Positions 25,978-40,500 of a DNA stretch of 64,000 bases are shown piece after piece (position 1 is the first letter of the stretch; every line of letters starts with the position of its first letter). The DNA lies in contig CBFDEM010000061.1 in NCBI GenBank assembly GCA_965603825.1, positions 186,001 to 250,000 on the forward strand, in the 5' to 3' direction. The stretch is from Blepharisma stoltei ATCC 30299 (lineage: Eukaryota; Protista; Ciliophora). The notes under the pieces are model-generated. The model saw only the letters and a list, made by a program, of their open reading frames with translations, had not been told where the DNA came from and searched no databases. The position numbers were made by a program, and so were the translations under genes.

Positions 25978-28900
25978 CTATTTTTCAATTTTTCTTATAT
26001 GGTTATTCTTTGGTTGACTGCCATTTCCTATGATGCCTTCTTTAGTAAGCTTACTATACATTAGTTCATATAGAGTTCTTGCAAAAATAACTAAAGATGA
26101 AATTATTTGGACTGCAATAGCTGTCAGCACAATTGCCACAATAACACTCTCAACTACTGTAACTATTTCTTGCTCAAGATTAAATAAATAGGCTGATGTG
26201 CAAATCATGACTAAACAAATTAATATTTCTGCAATTAAATTGGCGATTTGTAAAATTGGGTCCTCAAAAGGTCAGTAAACTGCTAGATGAATAATTGTGA
26301 TTAAGGAAAGCACAATATTAACAGTTACTTCTGTTTCTGGGTAATCTCTTAAAAATACCAAGTTTACCATATAAATAAGCCTTCTTGCGAAAAATACAAA
26401 ATAATATTGTGTTGTAATAAATCCTTTATTTTTTCTAAATTCATAGTAAAAAGTATTGAATAAAGAAAAAAATCTCTTTTCATTTGACTGAATGCGATTT
26501 TTATATTTATAAGAAAATAATAAATATCCGGGCGGGGTGATGACAATTAAAGCATAAACAAATGAACAGATAATAAGATTGGTTATTTGAGTGATGTTTT
26601 TATGACCAGCTGTAATAAATCCGATACTAGCAGCAGCTCCTAATTCAAGATAGCATTGGATCCAAAATCTCAAGTAAAATGCATATTGATAATTTTTGAG
26701 AGTTTTTGTGAATTTTTTACTAATTCATCTGTGTGAGCATCGCGAGAAAAATAAAACTATAGGAAAAGCTAATAAAGAAGCCAAAATTAGTGTAAAATCA
26801 TTACCTTGAATTATCAAGATTAAATCAGAGTCATATCCAAACTCTTCTGCTTGAGAATATGGAGTGCTACCTTCATTTTCATCTATAAAATAGGTAAAAA
26901 TATTCGGAAATATGCTAAAAGAATTCAAGTTATTCAAAAAGGAGTTCATTTTGCTGGATAGTGGTATTCCTGATAAGGTTAAATAGCTAAGAATTTGCAA
27001 GGTATTCATTATACTTCATAAGCCGCTTGGACTTGGATTTATAAATGATAAAGCAACAGCTCCAGAAACTATAGTCTTAGATCCAGTTTCTGCTTGAGAT
27101 GATATTGATTCAATTGTTGCTGAGTATGGAGCAGGATCATAAGCGTTCAAAGCTGCCGAAATTTCTGATGAGTTCAATATTCCATTAGAAACTGATTTGG
27201 TTTCTTTTAGATTTAAAAATTCAAGAGCAACCAATGTACCTTTAGTTATTACCTCCTTAATCTTTAAAGAAATATAATAGCATGTCCCATTTATCTGTTC
27301 AATTTTATATGAAACTTCTTGATTTCCAATTTTTATAGTCAAATTTGATGCAGTAAGATTATTTGTAAGAGTATCAGAAAACGTAAGGTATATTGAATTA
27401 TCAGATAAAACTGAAATCTTGGCTGAAAAGAGAATATATGTGCAAGCTGTGGTTCCATTGTAGCCAAGATTGCAATAGCAGAGGTCGCTGATAAGGCTAG
27501 CATTTAAAACACAAGCTGTGCATTTAGTAAGAGATTCGCATGTACTGCATAATTTTGGACAAGGATAAAAAATTCCATCCTGGCCTCGATATCCGCCTGG
27601 CCCAATAGGAACACAAGTGCTATTATTTGAAGGATCAAGAACATAATTTACATCACAGAGGCAGGAATCTGGATTTATGGCATTATCTTTACAAGTAATG
27701 CAACCTGTATTAGAATAATCTGTACAATCTCTGCATAATAAATTATTACAGAGAGAGCATGTATCTCGCCAGTCCCTGCAGCTTTTTGTACATTTTATAT
27801 TGCAATGATAGCAAACATTATAACCTGGCCCGCTTCAATATTCATTTATTTTGCAATTAGGAATACATATTTGATTTGTTGGGCAAACACTACAATTTTC
27901 TGTGCAAAAAACTGTTGATAGACTATTTACTGGCTTAATAATACTGAAGATCTGTATGGTATAAATAAAGCCTTGGTAATAATTATAAACCATCTGTGAG
28001 TTAAGCTGGGCTCCTATAGACATTGCAGTATGAGGTACTTTATCTTGAAAAGCTCCAGACCCAGCTATCTCTGATGAATCGGATAAGCCATTTATATAGC
28101 AAGAGAGCGCGTTATCCCCGCTTTGGGTGGTCTCAAATGTAAATTCTATATGGCTTCATTCATAATTATTAACAGATTTTTGACACATAAAAAATAAAGG
28201 AGATGAGTTTATTGTCAGAGAGATTGATGGCTTACTGCTTATTAGTGAGATTGAGAATAATGATGAATAATTATCAGAAATATCATGCTTTGATAATAAA
28301 GCTCCATACAAGCTTTCAGTATTTAACCATAGAGAAATTGTGAAAGTAGATGTAAGGACAAGCCTTGGAGATGTATAATTTGAATACTCTGGCAGTCTCA
28401 AAACTGAAGTTTGGCCGTTAAAATAAAACCCTCTTAAATAGGCAGGAATCGGATCATTAACTTCATAGTCTGGATAAAATTGCTTAGATGAGCCAGTTAT
28501 AACTGGAATAGAGTTTGCTTTATCATAAATGACTCCATTGAGAGTATTAAGATCCAAATCAAATATCTTTTCATTAACTAGTACACAATTACTACCAGAA
28601 GGAGAAGTACAATGAGAGCAGCCATTATAGCATGCTACACATGAAAATCCATCTGAAGAAGTCATATAATTAGTATTGCAAGCACAAGGAGCTCCGCTTG
28701 CATTGGAAACGCATTGAGTGCATTTCCCTGAGCCAAATCCTGTACAAACAGAGCATAATAAATCATAACAAATATTGCATGTTCCTGCTCTGACACATCC
28801 TTTACTGCATGAATTGCAAGCTGAATAAGAACTCCCACTCCAGTAATTAGATAAATCGCAAGATCATAAGCAAGAATGGCCTAACCCTGTGCCGCATATA

Positions 28901-31900
28901 ATGTTATTAACATAGCTTGAAAAATCACTAATTGGGACATTCCATAGCTGAAAAGTATTAATAAACCCGATAAAGCCAGAAGCACTACTTTTCCCGAGAA
29001 TTAATCTAGTGCCAGGGACATCTCTTATTATATAATTAGAAATAGCTGAGGTTGCAATTGAAGCTCCATTAATATAAATAACTATATTTGTAGTATCTAA
29101 ATTATAACTGAAAGTATATGACAAATAAATTCAGCTGTTTAGAGAGCTGCTCGAGGATAAAGATTGAAGAGTTAAGGTCTGTGAAGGATTTTCCATATTA
29201 GCTGTTATGCTTCCTGTTGAGGATAAAATAGCTATTTGGGTCTGCTTTTCTAGCCAATCTCCGTGGGTTATTATATAAATTCAAGATCCCATTGAAAAGC
29301 TATGAGAAAGTAAGACGCTAGCTGATGATAATAAATACATGGTTCCATCAAAAAATAAGCCGCGCTTATATGCAGGTATGGGGTCATATGATTCAGGGGT
29401 ATTGAAAAACTGAAAAGATGTGGAGGTAGTTCCTGTTGTAAAAATTCCATATGAGCCTTGAAAATCTGTATTGAAAGATTGATCGATTACAGCAGTTGAT
29501 ACCAATGAGCAAGAAGCATCAAATCCATATGGGCATCCCTTTAAACAGACATGCCCAACTAATTGATAACTTCCTAAACAAGTTGAGCATTCAAAATAAG
29601 TAGTTTTTAAGCATGTTGAGCAAAGAGCATCGCAAAATTCGCAAGTTTGAGAAGAGATCCAAAAAGCATTTGCAGTACAAGTGCAGCCACCAGATCCGTC
29701 ACTAACTGCATTAGTTATGCAAGTCAAGCATGAATTTCCTCCTGCAAACTCTGTGCATGTCTCACATTCTTTAGTCTTACACAGCCTACAAGTATCAGAA
29801 TTTCTGCATCCCTTATCACATGTCGCTATACAATTAGTGCAAGCAGAGCCACTATTGTATTGAGATATTGGGCAACTATCTAGACAAGTAGAATCGCTTG
29901 GACACTTTGTGCAGCTACTTAAGCACCCAGTTGTTTTAAAGTCGTTTAAAGCATTATTATTTTGACTGTAAATTTTAACATTCCATAAAAAGCCAGTGAA
30001 TCCTGAGCTGTAATGCCCGATATAGAGATTTCCTGATTGACTGTCTAGAAGGTAAAGAGGAGTGGATGTGGTAAAGGTAGCTGGAGAAGTTCCATCAATA
30101 TAAGATGTTATAGTCGTTTTCCCATTAGAATTAATTTTGCAGTCAAAAGAAATGTAAAATCATCCCCCTGAAAGTATACTAGAAGCGCCTGTGACTGATA
30201 TAGTTGTTGATGAATCTGATAAAAGAAGAGAGATTTTTGGATAGCCTGATGATATTTTTACTTGCATCATAGTTGAGGTCGATATAAATTTGGATATAAC
30301 AAATCCATCTGCTGAAGGTTTTATTCATAAAGAAATAGAAAAAGATGGTGAAAACATAAAACTTGTCCTTAAATAACTGTTGTAATTGTAATAGTATCCT
30401 CTTAAATATGATGGATAAGGATCGTTGGCATCGTAGTTTGGGTATGAATTAGTATTTGATAAGCCTACATTTATTCCAGAAATAGTATCTAAGAGAATAA
30501 CATTGGAAAATAAAACTGAATAAATTGTGTAAGAAAGATCACAAATATTAGTTGATGTATTTTGAGTGTATCCTGATGGGCATTCTGTTAAGCATATTCC
30601 ATTAAGAAGGTAGTGCCCTGCTTGGCAGCTTGAGCATTGATATCACCAACCTCCAGTGCAGGTTGGGCACACTGCTAGACATGGGACACATGAAAAACCA
30701 TCATCAGAAACTCCAAATCCTGGATTACAAGCACAATTTGTCGGATTTTTTGATGCATTAGTCACACAGGTTGTGCATTTTCCAGACTCAAATCCTGTAC
30801 AAACAGCGCATAATGGATCATCACAAATATTACAAGAAATAGCTCTTCTACATCCTTTAGCGCAAGAATTACAAGCTACACAAGAGCTTCCACTTTTATA
30901 AGTTGTCATATCACATGATCATAAGCATATAGCCTTATTTCCAGACCCACAAAATGTAAACCCATTAATAATTGTGGTAAAGTCTGTAATCGCTACATTC
31001 CAAAGCTGAAAATAAAAGATAAATCCAACAAAGCCTGAACTGTCACTTTTTCCAAGCTGCAAATATGTTGATGCGTCATCTCGATAAACTCTTTCGACTG
31101 CTGTTGTGGATCCAGCAGATACTCCATTGATGTAAATAGTGAGACCTGAGGAATTTGATACATAATATATGACAATTGATAAGTAAGTTCAGCCTATAAA
31201 TGAAGATGTAGGAGATAAAGTTTGGGTGGAAGCTGCTTGTACAGTGTCATCCATTATAGCAGTTATTGTACCTGTTGACGACAATTTAAGCCTGGTTTGC
31301 TTTTGCAAAAAGTCTGCATCGGTGATTACATATATCCAAACTCCTATAGAAAAACTGTGCGAGATGTAAATAGACTGAGATGATAATAAGTACATGCTAC
31401 CATCAAAATAAAGGCCTCTCAAGTAAGTAGGGATTGGGTCAACCGTTTCAGGCGACACAAAGGGTTGATACTTCGAAGAGTCTGCTCCTGTCGTAAAAGT
31501 CCCATATCCTCCTTGAAAATTAGTATAAAAGCATAGGTCAATTACGACAGCTGAGACTGGAGAACAGGAAGATCCATAGCCAAATGGACAACCATTAAGG
31601 CATAGCACTCCGACCAATTGTTTACCTGAAACACAAGAATTACATTCAAAATAAGTCGTTTGTTTGCAAACAGTACAAAGTACGTCACAAAGACTGCACC
31701 TTTCTAAGCCTGGTGACCAAAAAGCGTTGTCTTTACATTTACATCCACCTGATCCATCAGGTTCTGCATTTATTATGCATTCTGTACAAGATCCTGAGAA
31801 TGAAGTGCAACTATTACATTCCTTGGTTTTGCAAAGTCTACAAGTGTCTATAGATCTACAACCTTTGGTGCAAGTTGACTTACAATTTACACAGGATGAA

Positions 31901-33723
31901 CCATCATTATATTGCGATAATGGGCAAGAATCTGGACAGCTGTGGTCACTCGGGCATTTTGAGCAAGGTAAAGTACAGCTAGATGTTGAATAATCACTAA
32001 GCTGCAGAGTGTCTGTATTATAAATAATAATATCATATAAAAATCCTCTAAAGCCATTACTTAAGCTAGATTTTGTTCCGATATAGAAAGAGCCTGAGCT
32101 GCTATCCTGGAAATAAGCGAAATTATTAGATGAGCCAGAGTCCTTAGTTTGGGAATTTAAATAGGAATTTATAGTGGTTTTAGAGTTTGTGTCAATATTC
32201 CCTGTAAACGCGATAAAACTTCACTTATTTAATGTATTTGCAGTTAAAGTGACAGAAAAGGTCGAAGAATCACTTAAAATAAGAGAAAATTTGGGAAAGC
32301 CGGAATTTGAAATTTCAAGACAAAGTATTTCATTACCAGAAAGTGTTTTAGAGACTATTGTCCCTAGACCAGTTGGATAGATTCAAGTGGAAATAGTAAA
32401 ATATGGCCCAGTCACAACCTGGAATGAGAGATAAGTTGTTCCAGTAAAATAATATCCCCTTAAATAGGCTGGGTATGGGTCATTAGGGTCATAGCTTGGG
32501 TAAGCTAATACATTAGATGACCCTACTGATATCCCTGAAATTGAATCAAGCACAATTTTATCGTTAAAACCGATACCTAATCCAGTATTTGTAGTAAAAT
32601 CACAGGTTTTAGTAGACGAATTTTCTGTATAACCAGTGGGACAATTCGAAAGACAGATGTTGCTGTTATATAAAAAATTGCCAGGGTTGCAAGATGTGCA
32701 CATTGTAGCAGAGTATCCATAACAACTAGAACAGCTAAGTGCGTAACAATAACTGCAACTACTACCCCTAATACACCAGGGCCAAATAGGGCAGCCAGAA
32801 CAATCTTGGCAAGCAGATCCATCTCAATATTGATTATCAACACAATCAATCGTGCTTGCCATTACCGAAAAGCTTGAAGTTGTAGTATCAGCTCTTGCCT
32901 GAAGTCAATAAATAAACCCTCTAAATGAGTTTGCTGGACTAATGTTCCCAAGAGTCCATGTATATGCTGCTCCACCCACAAATCTTGCTTCAGAGCTGCT
33001 TATTGTAGATAATCCAGCCCCTGATCCATTTATATAAAAAGAGATCGTAGTATCAGTGCATGATACTTGATTAAGAACTATAGAAGCTTTATGCCATGAT
33101 GAAGTATAGCTTATTGTACTTGCTCCTGAAATTGGATTAGCATTATTATTTGTATCATAAATAATTCCGTTAAATTTATATACACCTGAGAAATCTGCTC
33201 ATATTCTTGTATATTGGGTCGAGCTTAGCATGACATTTAAAATTTCTCCACTTGCAAGAGGCTTTATTCATAAATTTAAAGTAAAATAAAGGGCTGGGTT
33301 ATAGTTATGATCGCTGGTCATACTGGAAGTTGCTGCAAAATAAAAGCCCCGATCTATTGTGGGTAATGGGGAATTTTGGGTTGGAGAGTTAAATGAAATG
33401 GAGTTTGGGTTTAAAAATTTTTCGATAGAATTAGCTGAATTTTCAATGTAAGTAGCTGTTAAGTCTTGAATACTTGAGAATTTCAATTCAAATAAAATTG
33501 CATCATTTCCATAGGGTGCATCACATGTATTTCCACTAGAAGAAGGAATTCCTGGATAAGCAACAAAAAGAGAAGGGCAAGAATTTACACAAACTTTATT
33601 ATCAGCCAAATAGTATGAGCTTGAACAATCGCAGTAATTCCCATTAAGATTACTCCCAGATGGGCAGCAACTGGGCACTCCGAACACCAATGAAATCTGG
33701 ATGAAGCGGAGCAAAAAATTCAT
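25978..33723 (-). CDS. Paralogue 4: about 2581-aa receptor with six modules A,C1,D,C2,D',G and the TM domain
   Basis: All fragments from 33268 to 25978 are in one frame. ATG at 33723 (MNFLLRFIQISLVFGVP; the track's upstream TTG start is unlikely), TAG at 25978-25980, length 7746 nt. Confidence 0.88.
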
Positions 33724-34598
33724 CTTTATAATAGAAAAAAGAGAAGTCTCCAATATCAATTTGCTGAATTTATGCCTTAAAATATTAAAGATCTATGATG
33801 TTTAAAGTGATTATAACTATGTATTCTTCGTAAATTTTTATTTATTATTGTAAAAATCAATATTCTTTCTAATAGATGAATCAGATTTTTGCTTAGTTTA
33901 CTGAAAAATGAATAAATTTAGAATTCAAAGAATTTTTATTACGATACTCAGCATAATAAAAGTATATCAATCATACTTTTAATTCTATTTTTAATTCGGG
34001 AAATTATTCGCGATTTCAATTTCATAAACTAATAGAATTTTCATCTATACAATTTTTGTTAGCATTATCTACACTTGAATTGACATTTTTTAATTCTCAT
34101 TCAAAAGCATCAATCAAGCATAGCTTTATTGCGTTCGTATGAATGTTCAAATTAAATTATATAAGAGTTTTAATAAACAATAATTTTAAAAATTTATAAT
34201 CAAAATGTATTTTTTTATTTTAATATTTTACTTGTATATTGAATGAAATGATTAATTTTAAAGGATTAAAAATTTCGAATTTTTATTTTTCTCTAATTTT
34301 ATTATTATGATATAAATTTATAATACTCGACATTTATATAAACAATATTCTTTATTTTTTTATTGAAAAATTAAGATAGAGTAAAAATTAATATTTATTT
34401 TAATGATATGGATATTTAATTAGGATAATAAATCGTTTCAGTTCAATCCAATTAAAACTATGTAAAAAATGCAATTTTTGCTATTAATAGTTTCTAATCA
34501 TGACTTTAAGCATCTGATTACAGAAAGAGATCAACACGCATTTAATTAAAATATAAAAATTAATACTATAGTAAATCATCATATTAAATTTGTAAATT

Positions 34599-37500
34599 TT
34601 ATAAATTACTTTTTTGAGCATTTTTAATCTGATTATTCAATGGCTTGATGCTATTTTTAACAATCCCCGCTTTAGCGAGCTTATGATATATTATTCCATA
34701 TAGAGTCCTAGCAAAGATAGCAATTGAAGCAAATGCTTGGATTACCATAACTCCAATAACAATCCCCACAATGACATTTTCAATAGTGGAAACAATTTCC
34801 TCCTCTAAATTAAATAAATAAGCTGCAGTTAAGACCATTACTAGCCAAATCATAATTTCAGTCAATAAATTACTTATTTGCAAAATTGGATCTTCAAAAG
34901 GCCAGCAAAAAATCAAGTGCATAATAGTCATTAAAGAAAGAACAATATTTATAGTTACTTCTGTCTGTGGATAGTCCCTCAAAAATACTAAGTTTACTAT
35001 ATAAATAAGTCTTCTTATAAAAAATACAAAATAATACTGTGTAGCAAGGAGGCCTCTATCAATTCGGAATTCGTAAAATAGAGAGCTAAATAGAGCCGTA
35101 AAAGTTTTTTCTCGAGACTGGATGCGATTTTTATTTTTATAAGAAAACCAGAAATGCAGTGGTGGAGTGGCGATTAATAACATACAGATAGATATGCATA
35201 TAATAAAATTAGTAATTTGTGTGATATTATTCAATCCAAGTGTAGCAAGGCCAATGCTAGCAGCAGCTCCTAATTCAAGATAGCATTGGATTCAAAATCT
35301 TAAATAAAATGCAAATTGATAAGCTTTAATAGTTTTCATAAACTTTTTACCCAGTCATCTATAAGAGCATTGTGAAAAGAACCAAATTATAGGCAGAATT
35401 AATAATGAAGCCATTATCAATGTAAAATCATTTCCTGTAGTTATCAAAATCAAATCAGAGTCATATCCGAATTCTTTTGCTTGAGAATATGGAGTATTTC
35501 CTTCATTTTTATCAATTATATAACTAAAAGCATTTGGAAACAAATTAAAGGAATTCAAATTTATCAAAAACGTGCTCATTTTGCTAGAAAAAGGAATTCC
35601 GGATAAAGTCAAATAACTCAAAATTTGTAAACTGTTCATCATACTTCATAAAGAGCTTGGACTTGGATTAGCAACTGACATAACAACAGCTCCGGAAATA
35701 GCAGTTTGCACAGCAGCAGTAGCTTGAGATGAGATTGCTGCAATAGCAGGTGAATAAGGCTGTGGATCATATGAATTTAGAGATACCGACATTACTGAAG
35801 AGTTTAAGATGCCATTTGAGACTGATCTTACTTCTGTTAAATTCAAAAATTTTAGAATTGCTAAAGTGCCCTTAGAAACTGCCTCTACAATATTTAGAGA
35901 AATATAATAGCAAGTATTATTCACATTCTCCATTTTAAATGATGCTTCTCCTTGCTTTTCGATTGTGATAGTAAAATCATTGACGGTGAGAGAATTAGCA
36001 AGACTTTCTGAAAAAATTAGATATAAAGAATTATCTGACAAAACTGTAAGACTTGCTGAAAATGTAACTAAAGTGCAATTTTTTGTCCCATTGTAGCTTA
36101 AATCACAATAGCATAACTCATTCTTTAAGCTAGCATTTTCTACACAAGAATTGCATTTTGTAAGAGATTCACAATGGGTGCATAGATTAGGGCATGAGTA
36201 CAATTTTCCATCAGAGCCTCTAAATCCTCCATCCTTAACGGGAATACAAGTGTTATTATTTGATGGGTCTAGCACATAGTTTATATCACAAATACATGAA
36301 TCATGATTAATTGCATTTTCTTTGCATGATACACATCCAATTGATGAATAATCAATACAATTATCACACAATAAGTCACCGCATAGAGAACAAGCAGACC
36401 TTCAATCCCTGCAGCTGCTCTTGCATTTTATATTGCATTTATAGCACGCATTATAGCTTGGGCCGCTTCAATATTCATTTATTTTACAATTCGGAATACA
36501 GATTTGAGTCGTTGGACATACACTGCAACTTTCGGTGCAAGAAGTTGTAGATAAACTTGATATAGGCTTTATTATATTATATACCTGTATTTGATAAAGG
36601 AAGCCTTGGTAGAAATTATAAATTGCTGATGCAGTAAGCTTAGCCCCAATAGAAAATGTGGTATGCGGCCCCTGATCTTGAAAAGTCCCATATATCGTGA
36701 TTCCTGGAGAATCTAGAAATCCATTTATATAGCACGACAATTTAGTATAACCGTTTTGAGTTAATTCTAATGTAAATACTACATGACTCCATTCGTAATT
36801 ATTGAGCAGTCTGTCGGCCATATAAAAAGTTTGGAATGAGCTTAAGGTAAATGAAATCGATACTTTGCTGCCCATCAATGAGATGGAGTAAAGCGTTGAA
36901 TAATTATCAGAAATGTTATGCTTTGAAAATAAAGTGCCATATGAAGTCTCAGTATTTAATCATATAGAAATCGTAAAGGTAGAGGTAATTACCAGTCTTG
37001 GTGATGTATAATTTGAATATTCTGGCATCCTCAAAATAGAAGACTTACCGTTAAAATAAAATCCTCTTAAGTAAGCAGGTATAGGGTCATCGGGCTCATA
37101 ATTTGGATAAAATTGCTTACTTGACCCAGTTATAACTGGAATTAAACTCGCTTTATCATAAATGACCCCATTAAGAGTATTCAGATCCAAATCAAATATT
37201 TTTTCTTGAACCATCATACAAACACCTCCAGATGGAGAAAATCCAGCTGGACAGTTAGCTAAGCAAGCTCCTGACATCTTATAAAGTCCATCAGAGCATT
37301 CTAAACAGTCTAAATAAGTAGTCGAAGTACAAGTTTTACAAGAAGCATCACACAAGCCACAGTTTTCATTGGCGCTATCCCAAAAGTATCCTAAATCGCA
37401 TTGGCAGCTTACTCCTACTAAGCTTGCATGCGTTTTACAGGTAATGCAGGTGCTTGTATAGTCATCACATATTTCACATATAATATCTTGGCAAAGGTTA

Positions 37501-40500
37501 CAATTTTTATCAGTTCTTACGCAACCTTTGCTTGAACATCCTGATAAGCATGATACGCAGCTATTTCCGTTTCAGTATTTATCTATATCACAATTATCCA
37601 AACAAGAATTGGCATTATTGATTGGACATAGAGAGCATCCACTACAAGTGCTTGAGGTCAGGCTACTGACTGTTATTAATGTATTATAAATTTTGAGATC
37701 CCATAGAAACCCATTGAAAAATGATGTATATGTTGTTGAGTCAAAGTGGCAAGCTCCGATTGTGATAAAAGAAGAGTTTTCTAAATCATTCAGCCAGCTT
37801 GCATCTAAACCACTTGATGTGTCGCTCACTAAATTTTTAGATAAAGCAACTATTTGTTGAGGTGTAGAATTAATACTTGAACTTGCCGATATGAAATTTC
37901 ACTGAGAAAGAGTAGCTTCTAATGAGGGGTTAGCACTTGTATATGTTATCGTAGTAGAGTCTTTTAAAGTTAAAGTAAGTGATATTGCTTTATTTATCAA
38001 TTCAAGACTAACATATTTTTTAAATGATCCAGAGCTAGCCTGCTTAGAAAAAATAACCCCTGTGCCTAATTTTGGCTTTATCCATGATGATATTACAAAT
38101 TTTGGTGAAAAAGTAAGTAATGGAGATGATATGCTTCCATAAGGAGGTAGCTGCATAAAAGATGAGCCTGTATAATAGTAGCCCCTATATATAGCGGCTA
38201 TAGGATCAGTTGAATCATAATTAGGGTAGAATTTGCTATCTTGACCTGTGAGGACTGGGATATTTGATTCTAAGTCATAAACGACGTCTTTTATTTGGTG
38301 TGGCATTAAATTAAATACAAAAAAATTGGTATAAGTTGAGTCGCCATCACAATTATCACCATTTATAATATAGCCAGTAGGGCAAAATGACATACATAAA
38401 GATTGGATGAGATAATATCCTGATGCACATGTAAGACAGCCGTTGAATTTAAGATTAGAGCAAGACGCACAAATTGAATCGCAAAGTTCACAACTTTGAG
38501 AACTGGAGACTCACAGAGCATTTGTAAGACATGTGCAATGGCCATTTACTTTATGTGAATTTGTAATGCAACTTGTGCATTCTCCAGAAAAAGTAGTGCA
38601 TGAGTAGCATTCTTTATCCCTGCAAAGCTGACATGTTAAATCACTAACACATCCTTTATTACAGCCTGTCAAACAAGCACCGCAGCTATCAGGGTATTTA
38701 TCGAAATCGCATTCACTTAAGCACAAATGATTTGAAGGGCAAGCAGAGCAGCCAGTCGCACATGAAGAAGTTGCATAGTCACTGGACTGATAATTATAAG
38801 AGTTATATATCATTACCCTAGCCAAAAATCCATATAGTCCGTTATTTCCTATAGACGGGTCATATCCAATAGCCAGTTTTCCTGCACTTCCTGTATTACT
38901 ATCTTTAAAGTAAGTCAAAGTAGTTGTAGTGATAGTGCTTTTTACTACGTTATTTAGATAAAGGTTGAATGAAGTTTTTCCATCAGATTGAACTTGTCCT
39001 GTAAAGCTTAAAAAATGCCAACTATTGCAAATGCTTGTGGGAGTGGTTAAGGTTTTAGTTGATCAGTCGGCTAATACAGCCGAACATATTGGAAATCCTG
39101 ATGTGTCCATGCCAATTAGAAGAATAACAGTGCTAGTTCATTTCGCCATCAAAATTCCACCACTTAGTGGTTTAGTTCATAGTGAAATTGTGAATGATGG
39201 GGCTAGCATGACTTTAGAGTATAAAGAATCATTGTTAGCAAAATAATATCCTCTTTGTTTCGAAGGTACTGGGTCGCTATTATCAGACCAATCTGGATAG
39301 GTATTAGTATTAAGACTCCCCACATCAAAGTTAGAAACAGTATCAAGCCTAATCTGATCTGTTAAATCAAGACTAATCCCAATATATGACAAATAATCAC
39401 AAGTTTTTGTACCTGAATTTGCAGTATATCCAGATGGGCACTCAGTTAAGCATTGTCCTGTATTAGAATAAAAATAAAACCCAGTATTGCATGCTGTACA
39501 TTTGTTGTAAGTTATATCTGTACATTGAGAACACCCATTAAAGCAAGCTATACATGATTGCCCATCGGCTGATTTCCCATAATTAGCATTGCAAAAGCAT
39601 GACCCAGAAATTAGAACAGCACTAGCTACACATTGAGTGCATTTATTTGTGCCAAATCCTGTACAGACTAGGCACAAGGTGTCATCACAGATATTACAAG
39701 AGGCGCCACGTCTGCATCCATATGAGCAGGAACTGCAACCTAAATAAGATGATCCATCATTATAGGAAGAAATATCACACGTTCACAAGCAAGAGGCTCC
39801 CTGGCCTGATCCACAAAATGAAAAGTTATTAATTATTGATGTAAATCCTGCAATTGCTGTATTTCAAAGCTGGAAATAATAAAGAAAGCCAATGAATCCG
39901 GAGCTGTTACTTTTTCCTAGCATTAGATAAGTTGGCGCTTGGTCTCTAAAAATCTTTTTTGTAGCTGTGACTGCTGAGCTTGAAATTCCATTTATATAGA
40001 TTGTTAGAGTTGTGCTGCCCAATGAATACTGAAAAGTGATTGATAGATAAGCCCATCCTGTGAATGATGAGCTAGCTACTAATATCTGAGTAGATGTTGC
40101 TTGTGAAGGATTTACTATTGTTGCTGATATAGACCCAGCAGAGGATAGTGTTAAAAGAGTATGTTTTTGTAGTAAGTCACCATTAGTGATTACATAAAGC
40201 CAAGTTCCGACTGAAAAACTATAAGAAATGTATATGGGTACTGATGATAATAACCGCATAGTCCCATCAAAATATAAGCCTCTCTTATATGCAGGAATAG
40301 GGTCAACTGTTTCTGGGCTATTAAAAAATTGAAAAGTCGCTGCACTTGTCCCTGTTGTAAAAATTCCATAAGATCCTTGAAAATCTGCATTAAAAGATTG
40401 ATCAATCACAGCAGTCGTCACTGCTGAGCAAGAAGTGCTGTAAGGGCACTCATCTAAACACACAGTTCCTGCTAATTGATAGCCTCCTAGACAAGCTGAG

